This document shows, one piece after another, positions 46,468 through 53,771 of a stretch of DNA of 64,000 bases. The stretch is taken from positions 1 to 64,000 of IMG/VR virus record IMGVR_UViG_3300014204_000172, one strand, 5' to 3'. The translations under genes were made by a program, and so were the position numbers. Origin of the DNA: a virus (Duplodnaviria > Caudoviricetes). How positions within the stretch are numbered: the first letter of the stretch is position 1; every line of letters begins with the position of its first letter. The notes beneath the pieces were generated by a model. The model saw nothing but the letters and a program-made list of their open reading frames with translations, did not search any database and was not told the DNA's origin.

Positions 46468-46522
46468 CTTTCTCTATCTATATTTTAGGAGCAGGGGGTA
46501 CGATAGAGAGAATACCCCCTGC
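46468..46522 (-). promoter_or_regulatory. GC-rich stem-loop whose loop is complementary to sequence at the leader-peptide SD (possible pseudoknot)
   Basis: 10-bp perfect stem 46491-46500/46513-46522; loop UCUCUAUC complementary to GAUAGAGA at 46471-46478 and 46448-46455; no U-tract. Confidence 0.5.
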
Positions 46523-46546
46523 AAATTGAATTGTAATTGCTAACTT

Positions 46547-46768
46547 CTATTTATCAATGTTTAATTGATTTTGTTTTAAAAACTGTGCCAAAGATTCTTC
46601 GCTGATTCTTATGGTTCTTCTTCCATGTTTACTTTTGTTTGCATAGTCTTGGTTAGGAGTGAAATCAATAGCTATCAGTTTTCCCTGTTTGATTAATCTC
46701 CTAGTAGAATCATCCTGTTTGTATCCTAGCCTTTTTGTTACTTCTTGCACAGTTAATAATTGACTCAT
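46547..46768 (-). CDS. Excisionase/MerR-like HTH DNA-binding protein
   Basis: LLTVQEV..RLG..RRLIKQGKL.A..RISEESL..FL. Confidence 0.8.
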   Translation of the reverse strand: MSQLLTVQEVTKRLGYKQDDSTRRLIKQGKLIAIDFTPNQDYANKSKHGRRTIRISEESLAQFLKQNQLNIDK

Positions 46769-46785
46769 ATTTTACCTCTTTCTTT

Positions 46786-47622
46786 TTATTTGTTTGCTGC
46801 TGCTGCTGACGGTGATTCTGTTGGAGTTGTACCAGATACATTTCCATCCGCTTTACCTTTTTTTAAATCTTCCAATCGTTGGATTGTTATAGTTAAGCAA
46901 TCCTTTTTCTCCTGACTCGATGAAGCCCAAAATCTGGTATATAACTCCGGGTTATCGCAATCATAGAAAAGCATCATCTTTTCTTTTAACAAATCAAACT
47001 CAATTGTTGTTAATTCTGATTCGTTCTTTTTACCCATCAGTTCTAAAAATTTTGGGTAATCTCCGTGACCGCTATTAAATGTTTTCTGGACTAAATCAAG
47101 TTGTTTTGCTGTCAATGGATATGATTTTACTTTTGGTTCTTCATTCCCGGAATCATTGTCCGATGAATCATTTTCTGGGTCGTCAGCAATAGATAAATCA
47201 AATGTCTGAATTTTAAAATATTTGAAGGATCCGGTTAATGCTTTATAAATTCCTTTGTCTCCGGTGTCTGTACCATCACCAGGCATTCTAACCGAAATGA
47301 AATAGCCAGTTTCAACGTCGTTGATAGTGTATTCTGTAATGATTCGTGCAACTTTTTTGTCAACTATTTCCCCGGTGTCTTTATCGGTTGAAGTGCCTAC
47401 CGATAATTCTTGACAATCAACGACGTTAGGAATAATGACTATCTTATTTTCCTGTAAGTGTTTTTTCAATGCAGTAGTAATATTTTCTGATGTGGCGTAT
47501 CGATATTTGTGAAACTTATTATTTCCGTCTTTTTCGATATTTTCTACCGCCTGCTGGATTTTTAATATTTTATCCAGCAATTTCATACGACTAGAACGGT
47601 CTGAATATATTTCATCACTCAT
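46786..47622 (-). CDS. ERF-family single-strand annealing protein
   Basis: KDGNNKFHKYRYAT, GDGTDTGDKGIYKALTGSFKY..DDPEND. Confidence 0.88.
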   Translation of the reverse strand: MSDEIYSDRSSRMKLLDKILKIQQAVENIEKDGNNKFHKYRYATSENITTALKKHLQENKIVIIPNVVDCQELSVGTSTDKDTGEIVDKKVARIITEYTINDVETGYFISVRMPGDGTDTGDKGIYKALTGSFKYFKIQTFDLSIADDPENDSSDNDSGNEEPKVKSYPLTAKQLDLVQKTFNSGHGDYPKFLELMGKKNESELTTIEFDLLKEKMMLFYDCDNPELYTRFWASSSQEKKDCLTITIQRLEDLKKGKADGNVSGTTPTESPSAAAANK

Positions 47623-47654
47623 AATTAACTCTCCTTATTTATACATAATACTTA

Positions 47655-47682
47655 ATTATAGGTGTTTTTTGTAATTAAACAA
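47655..47682 (-). promoter_or_regulatory. Putative promoter (16-bp-spacer family) for ERF/replication operon
   Basis: TTGTTT-N16-TATAAT(TAA). Confidence 0.7.
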
Positions 47683-47764
47683 GGATTACTAACTAAAAAA
47701 AATATTCAAAATTTATTGTTGATTAATTAAATTTAAACTATACTTACTATGCATTCTTCGATGT

Positions 47765-47804
47765 ATTACCCGGTAAACTTCACTTATCGGGTAATTTTAT
47801 TTTT
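47765..47804 (+). terminator. Possible + strand intrinsic terminator overlapping the 3' end of the RHH gene
   Basis: ATTACCCGGTAA/TTATCGGGTAAT stem followed by TTTATTTTT. Confidence 0.45.
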
Positions 47805-47974
47805 AGCTTCTCAGCTATGGCATCATTAATCCAATCCGAAGCTGAATAACTTTTACTAATAATCTTTTTTTTAGTTACCTTACCCTGCAATTCATACAAT
47901 AAATCCTGGTCGATACAGAACGTATAATGTAATCTCGTCTTATTATTTTTTCTAGGTCTGCCTTGTTTTTCCAT
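47780..47974 (-). CDS. Small ribbon-helix-helix-like DNA-binding regulator
   Basis: GRPRK, YTFCIDQDL..L, SASDWINDAI.EKL. Confidence 0.7.
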   Translation of the reverse strand: MEKQGRPRKNNKTRLHYTFCIDQDLLYELQGKVTKKKIISKSYSASDWINDAIAEKLKIKLPDK

Positions 47975-47980
47975 GCCGAT

Positions 47981-48009
47981 ATATTAATACGTATGTATTA
48001 AAATGTCAA
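47981..48009 (-). promoter_or_regulatory. Sigma70 promoter with palindromic operator; predicted leaderless RHH mRNA
   Basis: TTGACA-N17-TAATAT then 6 nt to ATG, no SD; TTAATAC-N4-GTATTAA palindrome at 47984-48001. Confidence 0.7.
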
Positions 48010-48020
48010 TTGGTAATTTC

Positions 48021-48046
48021 GGGGGCTCGGAATCACACAAGCCCCC
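48021..48046. other. GC-rich inverted repeat upstream of the RHH promoter
   Basis: GGGGGCT-N12-AGCCCCC. Confidence 0.5.
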
Positions 48047-48100
48047 TATATATACAAGGAGAGTATTGCTACTCAATAAAAGTTTACTACAAATTGAAAA

Positions 48101-48162
48101 TAAAAAAAGAGAGTAAGTATCTTTTTAATCGTCACTAAAAAGTGCTAACTTACTCCCTCTTT
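48101..48162 (-). terminator. Intrinsic terminator (long interrupted hairpin + U-tract)
   Basis: GAGTAAGT/ACTTACTC outer stem, CTTTTTA/TAAAAAG inner stem, T7 tract on - strand. Confidence 0.65.
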
Positions 48163-48204
48163 AATCCGTAAGTGAATCATTCTGCAATTTAGCATTGCTG
48201 GCTA
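48102..48204 (-). ncRNA. Candidate ~100-nt small RNA
   Basis: Bracketed by a 16-spacer promoter (48211-48238) and a terminator; only an SD-less 16-codon ORF inside. Confidence 0.4.
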
Positions 48205-48210
48205 ATATTG

Positions 48211-48238
48211 AGTATAGTTTCTTTTGACTACTAATCAA
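48211..48238 (-). promoter_or_regulatory. Putative promoter (16-bp-spacer family)
   Basis: TTGATT-N16-TATACT immediately after a terminator. Confidence 0.55.
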
Positions 48239-48239
48239 A

Positions 48240-48273
48240 TAAAAAAAGGGAGTCCAATTAAAAGTAACTCCCT
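48240..48273 (-). terminator. Intrinsic terminator
   Basis: AGGGAGT/ACTCCCT stem followed by T-tract on - strand. Confidence 0.7.
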
Positions 48274-48311
48274 AAGTCTAGTTTGCAGTATTTATAAGTA
48301 TAAAAACTTTT

Positions 48312-48347
48312 TAAATAAAAAAAAGAGCTGGTGGATAGCCAGCTCTT
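48312..48347 (-). terminator. Intrinsic terminator ending the late/lysis operon
   Basis: AAGAGCTGG-N7-CCAGCTCTT followed by a long T-tract on - strand. Confidence 0.9.
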
Positions 48348-48414
48348 GGTTCTAATAACGAATGTATTGATTTTGCAAATATATTAGGAGCATAAAATGC
48401 TTGCCTATTTTTTT

Positions 48415-48762
48415 TTAAATAGCTACCACCCCCTTTGATTTTAAATATGCCAATCTTCTAGCTTTCATTAATGCTACTGGTTTACGCCAGAAAGCTTCCC
48501 ATACTATTTTTGTCTCAGCAACTAACATTAGCCATAAAGTAGCTATGTCAGTCATGGATTGCCAATTAATTTGGAATCCATTCTTGACTCCAACTACAAT
48601 AATCGCTGATATAACGCAGTAGAGAGCCACTAATAATGCTTTTTTAATTCCATCAGCCATGGGTGATAAAACTTCTATGATTAATGGAGCAAAGAAACCC
48701 CAAACCAGCGAAATTATGGTAAAAATACCCATCCAAAGTTGAACTCTCACAACTGGATCCAT
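48415..48762 (-). CDS. Probable holin
   Basis: Three hydrophobic segments, basic C-terminus, adjacent to endolysin. Confidence 0.7.
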   Translation of the reverse strand: MDPVVRVQLWMGIFTIISLVWGFFAPLIIEVLSPMADGIKKALLVALYCVISAIIVVGVKNGFQINWQSMTDIATLWLMLVAETKIVWEAFWRKPVALMKARRLAYLKSKGVVAI

Positions 48763-48783
48763 AATGCATTCCTCCTCAAATAA

Positions 48784-49701
48784 TTAGTATCGTAACAGTA
48801 TAATTTCTTTCGTCTCTGGAGTAAAGAAAATTACTCCTCCAAAAATAGTAGTTAAATCAGATAAACCAATATACGTTCTATTACTAATAATTGATGGTAT
48901 GACATTTAATTTAAAATATTTACCATCAATACTGCCTGTCTGATTGTTAATTGTTAAATGGACTGTTTTATTATTAACTTTAATATCCATGGATTTGTTC
49001 GATGCAAACCAAGTAATCGATGCATTATAAATACTTGCCACATCAGCTAATCCTATCAAAGTTCTTGAATTCTTAATTATTGGTGCAACTTTTAAATTGA
49101 TTGACTTAAAATTGTCAACCATCGTTAATTGACCGATTTTAAACCAAGTAACTTTAAAGCAATTGTAATACATATTGATGTAGGTATGTATAATTCCTTT
49201 AGCCATCAAATAGCTATTTTTAATTAGTTTTACTTCGTTAGGATTCGATATAAATCCAGCTTCTATTAATACTAAAGGAATTTGAGCTACATCAAATTCT
49301 CTGGTATATCTCTGTATCCCATTCACCCAGTTGTCGTAATAATACTTGATGTCAATTATCCGTAGATTGGTATATTTCGACATATTACTCATCAATGATT
49401 TAGCAAATTCTGAACCTTGCTCGTTTTTTAGTGCTAACAATCCTGTTGATTTTGGTCCTGACGAATTGATATGAATAGATATCTTATGGGTTATTCTTGG
49501 ATCGTATTCTAAGCGTTCAACCGTGTCGTAAAAATAAGGTGGCGAAATATGAGGTATCTTTAAAGCATTGCAGTAAACATTTACGGAATCTCTGATCGCT
49601 TTAGCTAATTTAGCTTCGGTTTCATTATTATCTACAGCTCCTGGATCATCACCTGCTAAATGTCCTGAATCATTGCTATATAAGTAATAATTACTCATCA
49701 A
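48784..49701 (-). CDS. Endolysin: N-acetylmuramoyl-L-alanine amidase (Amidase_3) + copper-amine-oxidase-like stalk domain
   Basis: GH..DPGA..E..ISIHINS..VLIEAGFISNP.E; C-terminal AP.IKNSRTLI.L..A.I.W..L.I..DG..P.I..RTYI.L. Confidence 0.9.
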   Translation of the reverse strand: MMSNYYLYSNDSGHLAGDDPGAVDNNETEAKLAKAIRDSVNVYCNALKIPHISPPYFYDTVERLEYDPRITHKISIHINSSGPKSTGLLALKNEQGSEFAKSLMSNMSKYTNLRIIDIKYYYDNWVNGIQRYTREFDVAQIPLVLIEAGFISNPNEVKLIKNSYLMAKGIIHTYINMYYNCFKVTWFKIGQLTMVDNFKSINLKVAPIIKNSRTLIGLADVASIYNASITWFASNKSMDIKVNNKTVHLTINNQTGSIDGKYFKLNVIPSIISNRTYIGLSDLTTIFGGVIFFTPETKEIILLRY

Positions 49702-49716
49702 ATGCCACCTTATTCA

Positions 49717-50007
49717 TTAAATCAAAACAAAATCTACGCCTAAAGTTTCACAAAAGATTTTGAAATTGGCGTATTCATCAGGAGTTAAACCTTGCCCTTT
49801 GTCAAACCAAATCGGGTCACCAGTTGGATGTCCGAATGCCTGTAATCGATCTTCTGGTTGGTGATTGATAATTTGTCGATCAAACCAGATAGGTTCACCA
49901 ATAGGAAAACTTGCTCCGCCTACTTGATAAGTAATAGGAGTATTAACTGGTAACTCCCACGAATCAATGTGATACGAAGTCGAATCATGCGTAAAATTGA
50001 TCTTCAT
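49717..50007 (-). CDS. Hypothetical protein with internal P.G.PIWFD duplication
   Basis: PIGEPIWFD and PTGDPIWFD; GGAGG SD. Confidence 0.65.
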   Translation of the reverse strand: MKINFTHDSTSYHIDSWELPVNTPITYQVGGASFPIGEPIWFDRQIINHQPEDRLQAFGHPTGDPIWFDKGQGLTPDEYANFKIFCETLGVDFVLI

Positions 50008-50026
50008 TTTTTATTCCTCCTTTCTT

Positions 50027-50740
50027 TTAATTTACTAAACCCCAACAATCATAAGAATATTTTTCTAAATAAGCGAATGGTAAATAACAATAACCTTTAG
50101 AACCAAAAGCTACTCCCCAGGAATTCCGAATAATCATATACCATTTACATCCTATTTTCTTATAACCAACTACTAGTATTGCATGACCACCTAACGATCT
50201 TTCCGATAACTTAGGCATCTTGACTATTCCTGTTGAATTAACATTTTCAAAAGTAGAAAATACATCAATTCCTACTAATACCGGCTGTTTTTTTAGATAT
50301 AAAAAATTTTGGATTCCTGATAAATTATGAACAGCTTGATAGGAATTTATTTTTAATTTTAATGCTTCTTCATAAGCATTTTCTGATGGTTTTACTGAAT
50401 AACTGCTTACCGGTAAATACATATCATAGGAATCATAGCAAACTCCATATTTTTTCAATGCATCACAAATTGAACGCATCGTTGCTCCGTTGTCATTATT
50501 CGTATCATTCAATAAAACTCTCTCCTGATAATACAAGAAATGACGACTTAAAGTAATAGTTATTCCTGATAACATTTGTCTAGCCGAACAGCCGGCGTTA
50601 GCTGTGCAATCATTAATCATCTGGGTAAAAATAGGTGGACAGATTGGACGTAAATCGATTGATTTTGGTAATTTTACTTTTACATACTGATATTGGAAAT
50701 CTCTAACGTCTAATTGTTGTCTAATTAATCCGTATTTCAT
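50027..50740 (-). CDS. Papain-like cysteine peptidase (C1 family)
   Basis: LPKSIDLR, Q..DCTANA (Cys), LS..FLYY, GGHAI..VGY (His), IRNSWG..G..GY (Asn). Confidence 0.9.
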   Translation of the reverse strand: MKYGLIRQQLDVRDFQYQYVKVKLPKSIDLRPICPPIFTQMINDCTANAGCSARQMLSGITITLSRHFLYYQERVLLNDTNNDNGATMRSICDALKKYGVCYDSYDMYLPVSSYSVKPSENAYEEALKLKINSYQAVHNLSGIQNFLYLKKQPVLVGIDVFSTFENVNSTGIVKMPKLSERSLGGHAILVVGYKKIGCKWYMIIRNSWGVAFGSKGYCYLPFAYLEKYSYDCWGLVN

Positions 50741-51180
50741 GGTTCTTTAGCTCCTGTAGTATTTTTAGATAGTAATTCTTTTAAATCTTTTTCTAACTGA
50801 TTTTTTATTTCTTCTTTAATCTTAACTTCATTAACTGTATTTAACTGAACTGATTTCGTAATTGCATTAACTTTAACAATGATGTAGCTAGTTGTTGATA
50901 TAAATGATGCAAGTACCAATAAGGTAGCCCAAAAACCCTTCCAATCTCTGTAGATATTTAATACCGGATTTATTTTTTGTCTAAATTCTTCCTCAGCTTT
51001 CTTTTTTGTTTCTTCCTCTTTAGTTTTGAAACAATCCTTTACTCCTTCAATCAATAAGGAATCTTTGATTTTCTGTAACTGCAAAGAATGTTCGGAACAA
51101 AGCTTATCTTTTTCATTCAATCGAAATAGTATTGTTTTTACATCTGCAAAAATATTGCTTATCTTCTCTTCTGTTGTCAT
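50737..51180 (-). CDS. Single-TM coiled-coil protein (holin/XhlA-like)
   Basis: One TM segment GFWATLLVLASFISTTSYIIV; starts the lysis cassette. Confidence 0.55.
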   Translation of the reverse strand: MTTEEKISNIFADVKTILFRLNEKDKLCSEHSLQLQKIKDSLLIEGVKDCFKTKEEETKKKAEEEFRQKINPVLNIYRDWKGFWATLLVLASFISTTSYIIVKVNAITKSVQLNTVNEVKIKEEIKNQLEKDLKELLSKNTTGAKEP

Positions 51181-51194
51181 TCATCCTCCCTATC

Positions 51195-51512
51195 TTATGG
51201 TTTATAAGAAGGTTTTACCACAATAAGAAACTCAGGTAAAGATAAAACTGAACCATCTACATATCTTAATTGTATTTGTGATTTACATTCAGATTCCGAT
51301 GTAAAATCAGCAGCAGTTAATGAATAGGATATGATACCCAAAACATTTACAATCGTGCATAATCTCTCATATTTAGGAGTAGCTGATTTGCCATAGCCAT
51401 ATTGCAAATAAGGAAAGCAATTCGTTAAATTAATCAATGTATCATGGTCGTCTGTTAATGTCATTACTCTTGGAAACTTTAAATCACCAACAGTAACAAT
51501 TAATTCTTGCAT
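51195..51512 (-). CDS. BppU-N-like baseplate/tail accessory domain
   Basis: GD..P..TL.D..INLT..C.I..GII.Y...AADFT..QIQL.Y.DG...P. Confidence 0.6.
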   Translation of the reverse strand: MQELIVTVGDLKFPRVMTLTDDHDTLINLTNCFPYLQYGYGKSATPKYERLCTIVNVLGIISYSLTAADFTSESECKSQIQLRYVDGSVLSLPEFLIVVKPSYKP

Positions 51513-51518
51513 ATTAAT

Positions 51519-51962
51519 TTATTCTTTCAACAAACTCTGAATGTAGTTATCACTAAAAAAAGGTTCTAAAACTGCCAATTCATATCCTTTTAATCCATGA
51601 TTTAAACCAGTTAAATCTAAAGGATAGAATTCAATGATAATTTTTTCATTCAACATTGGTTCCAGTTTTTCTTCATATTCATTTTTTGTAACTAATCGAA
51701 TCTCCCATCCCTGTTTTTTTACTCCTGATTCATCAGTTTTTTCAATTCGATCAGCATATTGTTCTAGTAGTGGTTTTCGGATTAATTCAAAAGTTTGCAT
51801 TTCATTACTCATCATTTTTAAAATCCGACCAGCTCTAAATTGCATTCCTGAATTATTCATATCTGCAATCGCTAATTTACCCATACTAGCTAAGATATTC
51901 GTATCTAAAACTTGATTCGTAATCATTTTTATGGTTATTGGTAAACTCCTTAATTCTTGCAT
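51519..51962 (-). CDS. Hypothetical protein
   Basis: Typical of tail-distal phage hypotheticals; SD present. Confidence 0.6.
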   Translation of the reverse strand: MQELRSLPITIKMITNQVLDTNILASMGKLAIADMNNSGMQFRAGRILKMMSNEMQTFELIRKPLLEQYADRIEKTDESGVKKQGWEIRLVTKNEYEEKLEPMLNEKIIIEFYPLDLTGLNHGLKGYELAVLEPFFSDNYIQSLLKE

Positions 51963-51979
51963 TCTTCGATTCCTTTCTT

Positions 51980-52258
51980 TTACTTGCCTAATGCCTGGCT
52001 AATCAAATTTTTATATTCAGCCAGTTCTTCTTTGTTAAGTGCTTTTAAAGCTTCTGAAACTAAATTTCGTTTGGCTTTCAATAGTAATTCAACATTAATT
52101 GCATCTTTGCATAGCTGAACCAAAGAAATAAACATCTCATTGACTGATTTTTCGGTATCCTGAAAATCAATGGATGTTACTTCACCTTCTTTTAATTCAG
52201 GTTTGATTACTTTACCTTTCAAATCTTTTGGCAAATCTTTTTCAATTCTAACTAACAT
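51980..52258 (-). CDS. Hypothetical protein
   Basis: GGAG SD; tiles on - strand. Confidence 0.6.
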   Translation of the reverse strand: MLVRIEKDLPKDLKGKVIKPELKEGEVTSIDFQDTEKSVNEMFISLVQLCKDAINVELLLKAKRNLVSEALKALNKEELAEYKNLISQALGK

Positions 52259-52282
52259 TTTATTTACTCCTTCTTAATTTAT

Positions 52283-53761
52283 TTATGGAATAGCCATTAA
52301 TCTACAGCCTATCCATCTTTCATAGGTAGATGATACTGATTCTGTCGTATAAGCGAATAATCCTTCGTTAGTCGTTGGGTTCCATGATTTTGGTGCACCC
52401 TTTAGTAAAATTCCTTGACTTCCCAAAACAGTTCTATATGAATCACCAATTTTTGTTCCTCCACCTTCTGTAAAAACAGGTAAAAATCCAGGATGGTTTG
52501 GACTTCTCATCGGTAATCCAAAAAAATTATTATACTGAGCGATCGTATCTCTTAATTTTATATACGGATGAGCGAAAGTATCGCAAACAAACCCATGGTC
52601 AGCTAACCAAACTGTTTCATCTGATTTTTTATTTATACCTTCCACAAACTTCATGATATTTCCCCATAGATTTTCTAAACCTCTATAAGAAACTGAACAT
52701 AAATTATCAGTTCCAGTTTGTCTACCAGAAGCATTTCCTAAAGCAGTCGTAGCTCCGGTTACATGTGCCATATTGGTTGAACCATCATCCGTTTCTCCGG
52801 TAACTCCCTGTCCTATTTCTGTCTGAGCGAATGGTGATGCATATTCGATTAAATACATGAGTTGAGATACACTTAAACTTAAAAAATCATGTAAACCCCA
52901 ACCAACACCTCGGTTGACTGCTAACTTTCTAGCATTGGCAAAATTCAATGTATTATTCTTACCAGATATAGGTTTTACTAGTGCTATAGAACTTAATTTG
53001 TCTCCGGTGGTTGCTGTAAAGTCTATTCCTGACTCATCATTGTTTAAATATCCCGGCTCTCCCATGGTTGTATTGGCTATTGTAGCTGTAACTCCTGTTG
53101 TTGAACCATCAAAAATATAAGTTCCTCCACGATATCCGACAGCATCCGAGGTAAATATAACGGTAGTTCCGCTACCTGATAAAGTCCATCCAGTAAATAC
53201 CGTACCCCGAATAATAGTTGCAACTTCTGTCGCATCATCGGTATCTGTAACTGCAATAACAACTGGCGTACCATCCATGGTTATTGTTATGTTACCTGTA
53301 ACCGAACAACCAGCGGTGACTTCTAATGTTCTTACAGTTGCTACCGATCCGACTACATAGGCTGAGGCTTCATAAGCACCGGCGAATATATGGGTTTTTA
53401 ATACGGAATCTCTTATAAAATTCGGATGAATAAAAGATCCTTCAAAAGGATAGGGAGAAATCCACCATCGGTATCTATTCGGGCTTTTGATGTATTCGAC
53501 AGCCATATAACATAATTTTTGATAAACCATTACCTGACCATCTGAACCATCTTCTAAATATCCGCCTTCTCCGAAATAATGGTTAATGGTTTTTGCATCA
53601 GCAATCGTACATCGTTTATGACTCAACCAAGGTTCGACTGTATCAAAATTGGCTCTTACCATACCCCTAGCTAAACCTAGACGAGTCCAAACATTGGTAT
53701 CATAATTCCATTCTACTCCATAAGCATTTCTGACTTTGGATAAAAATTGCTTGTTACTCAT
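52283..53761 (-). CDS. Tail fibre/receptor-binding protein, C-type-lectin (FGE-sulfatase/Mtd-like) fold with inserted beta domain
   Basis: GAYEAS, A..RG.GW, YRGLENLWGNI, C-terminal IGCRL. Confidence 0.7.
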   Translation of the reverse strand: MSNKQFLSKVRNAYGVEWNYDTNVWTRLGLARGMVRANFDTVEPWLSHKRCTIADAKTINHYFGEGGYLEDGSDGQVMVYQKLCYMAVEYIKSPNRYRWWISPYPFEGSFIHPNFIRDSVLKTHIFAGAYEASAYVVGSVATVRTLEVTAGCSVTGNITITMDGTPVVIAVTDTDDATEVATIIRGTVFTGWTLSGSGTTVIFTSDAVGYRGGTYIFDGSTTGVTATIANTTMGEPGYLNNDESGIDFTATTGDKLSSIALVKPISGKNNTLNFANARKLAVNRGVGWGLHDFLSLSVSQLMYLIEYASPFAQTEIGQGVTGETDDGSTNMAHVTGATTALGNASGRQTGTDNLCSVSYRGLENLWGNIMKFVEGINKKSDETVWLADHGFVCDTFAHPYIKLRDTIAQYNNFFGLPMRSPNHPGFLPVFTEGGGTKIGDSYRTVLGSQGILLKGAPKSWNPTTNEGLFAYTTESVSSTYERWIGCRLMAIP

Positions 53762-53771
53762 TTGTTCCTCC

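Noticed and set aside
46491-46522. Hairpin as an intrinsic terminator
   Set aside because: No U-tract on either strand; treated instead as a possible pseudoknot element
47975-48414. tRNA or CRISPR array in the main intergenic region
   Set aside because: Hairpins are terminator-like; no cloverleaf or T-loop consensus and no repeat-spacer periodicity
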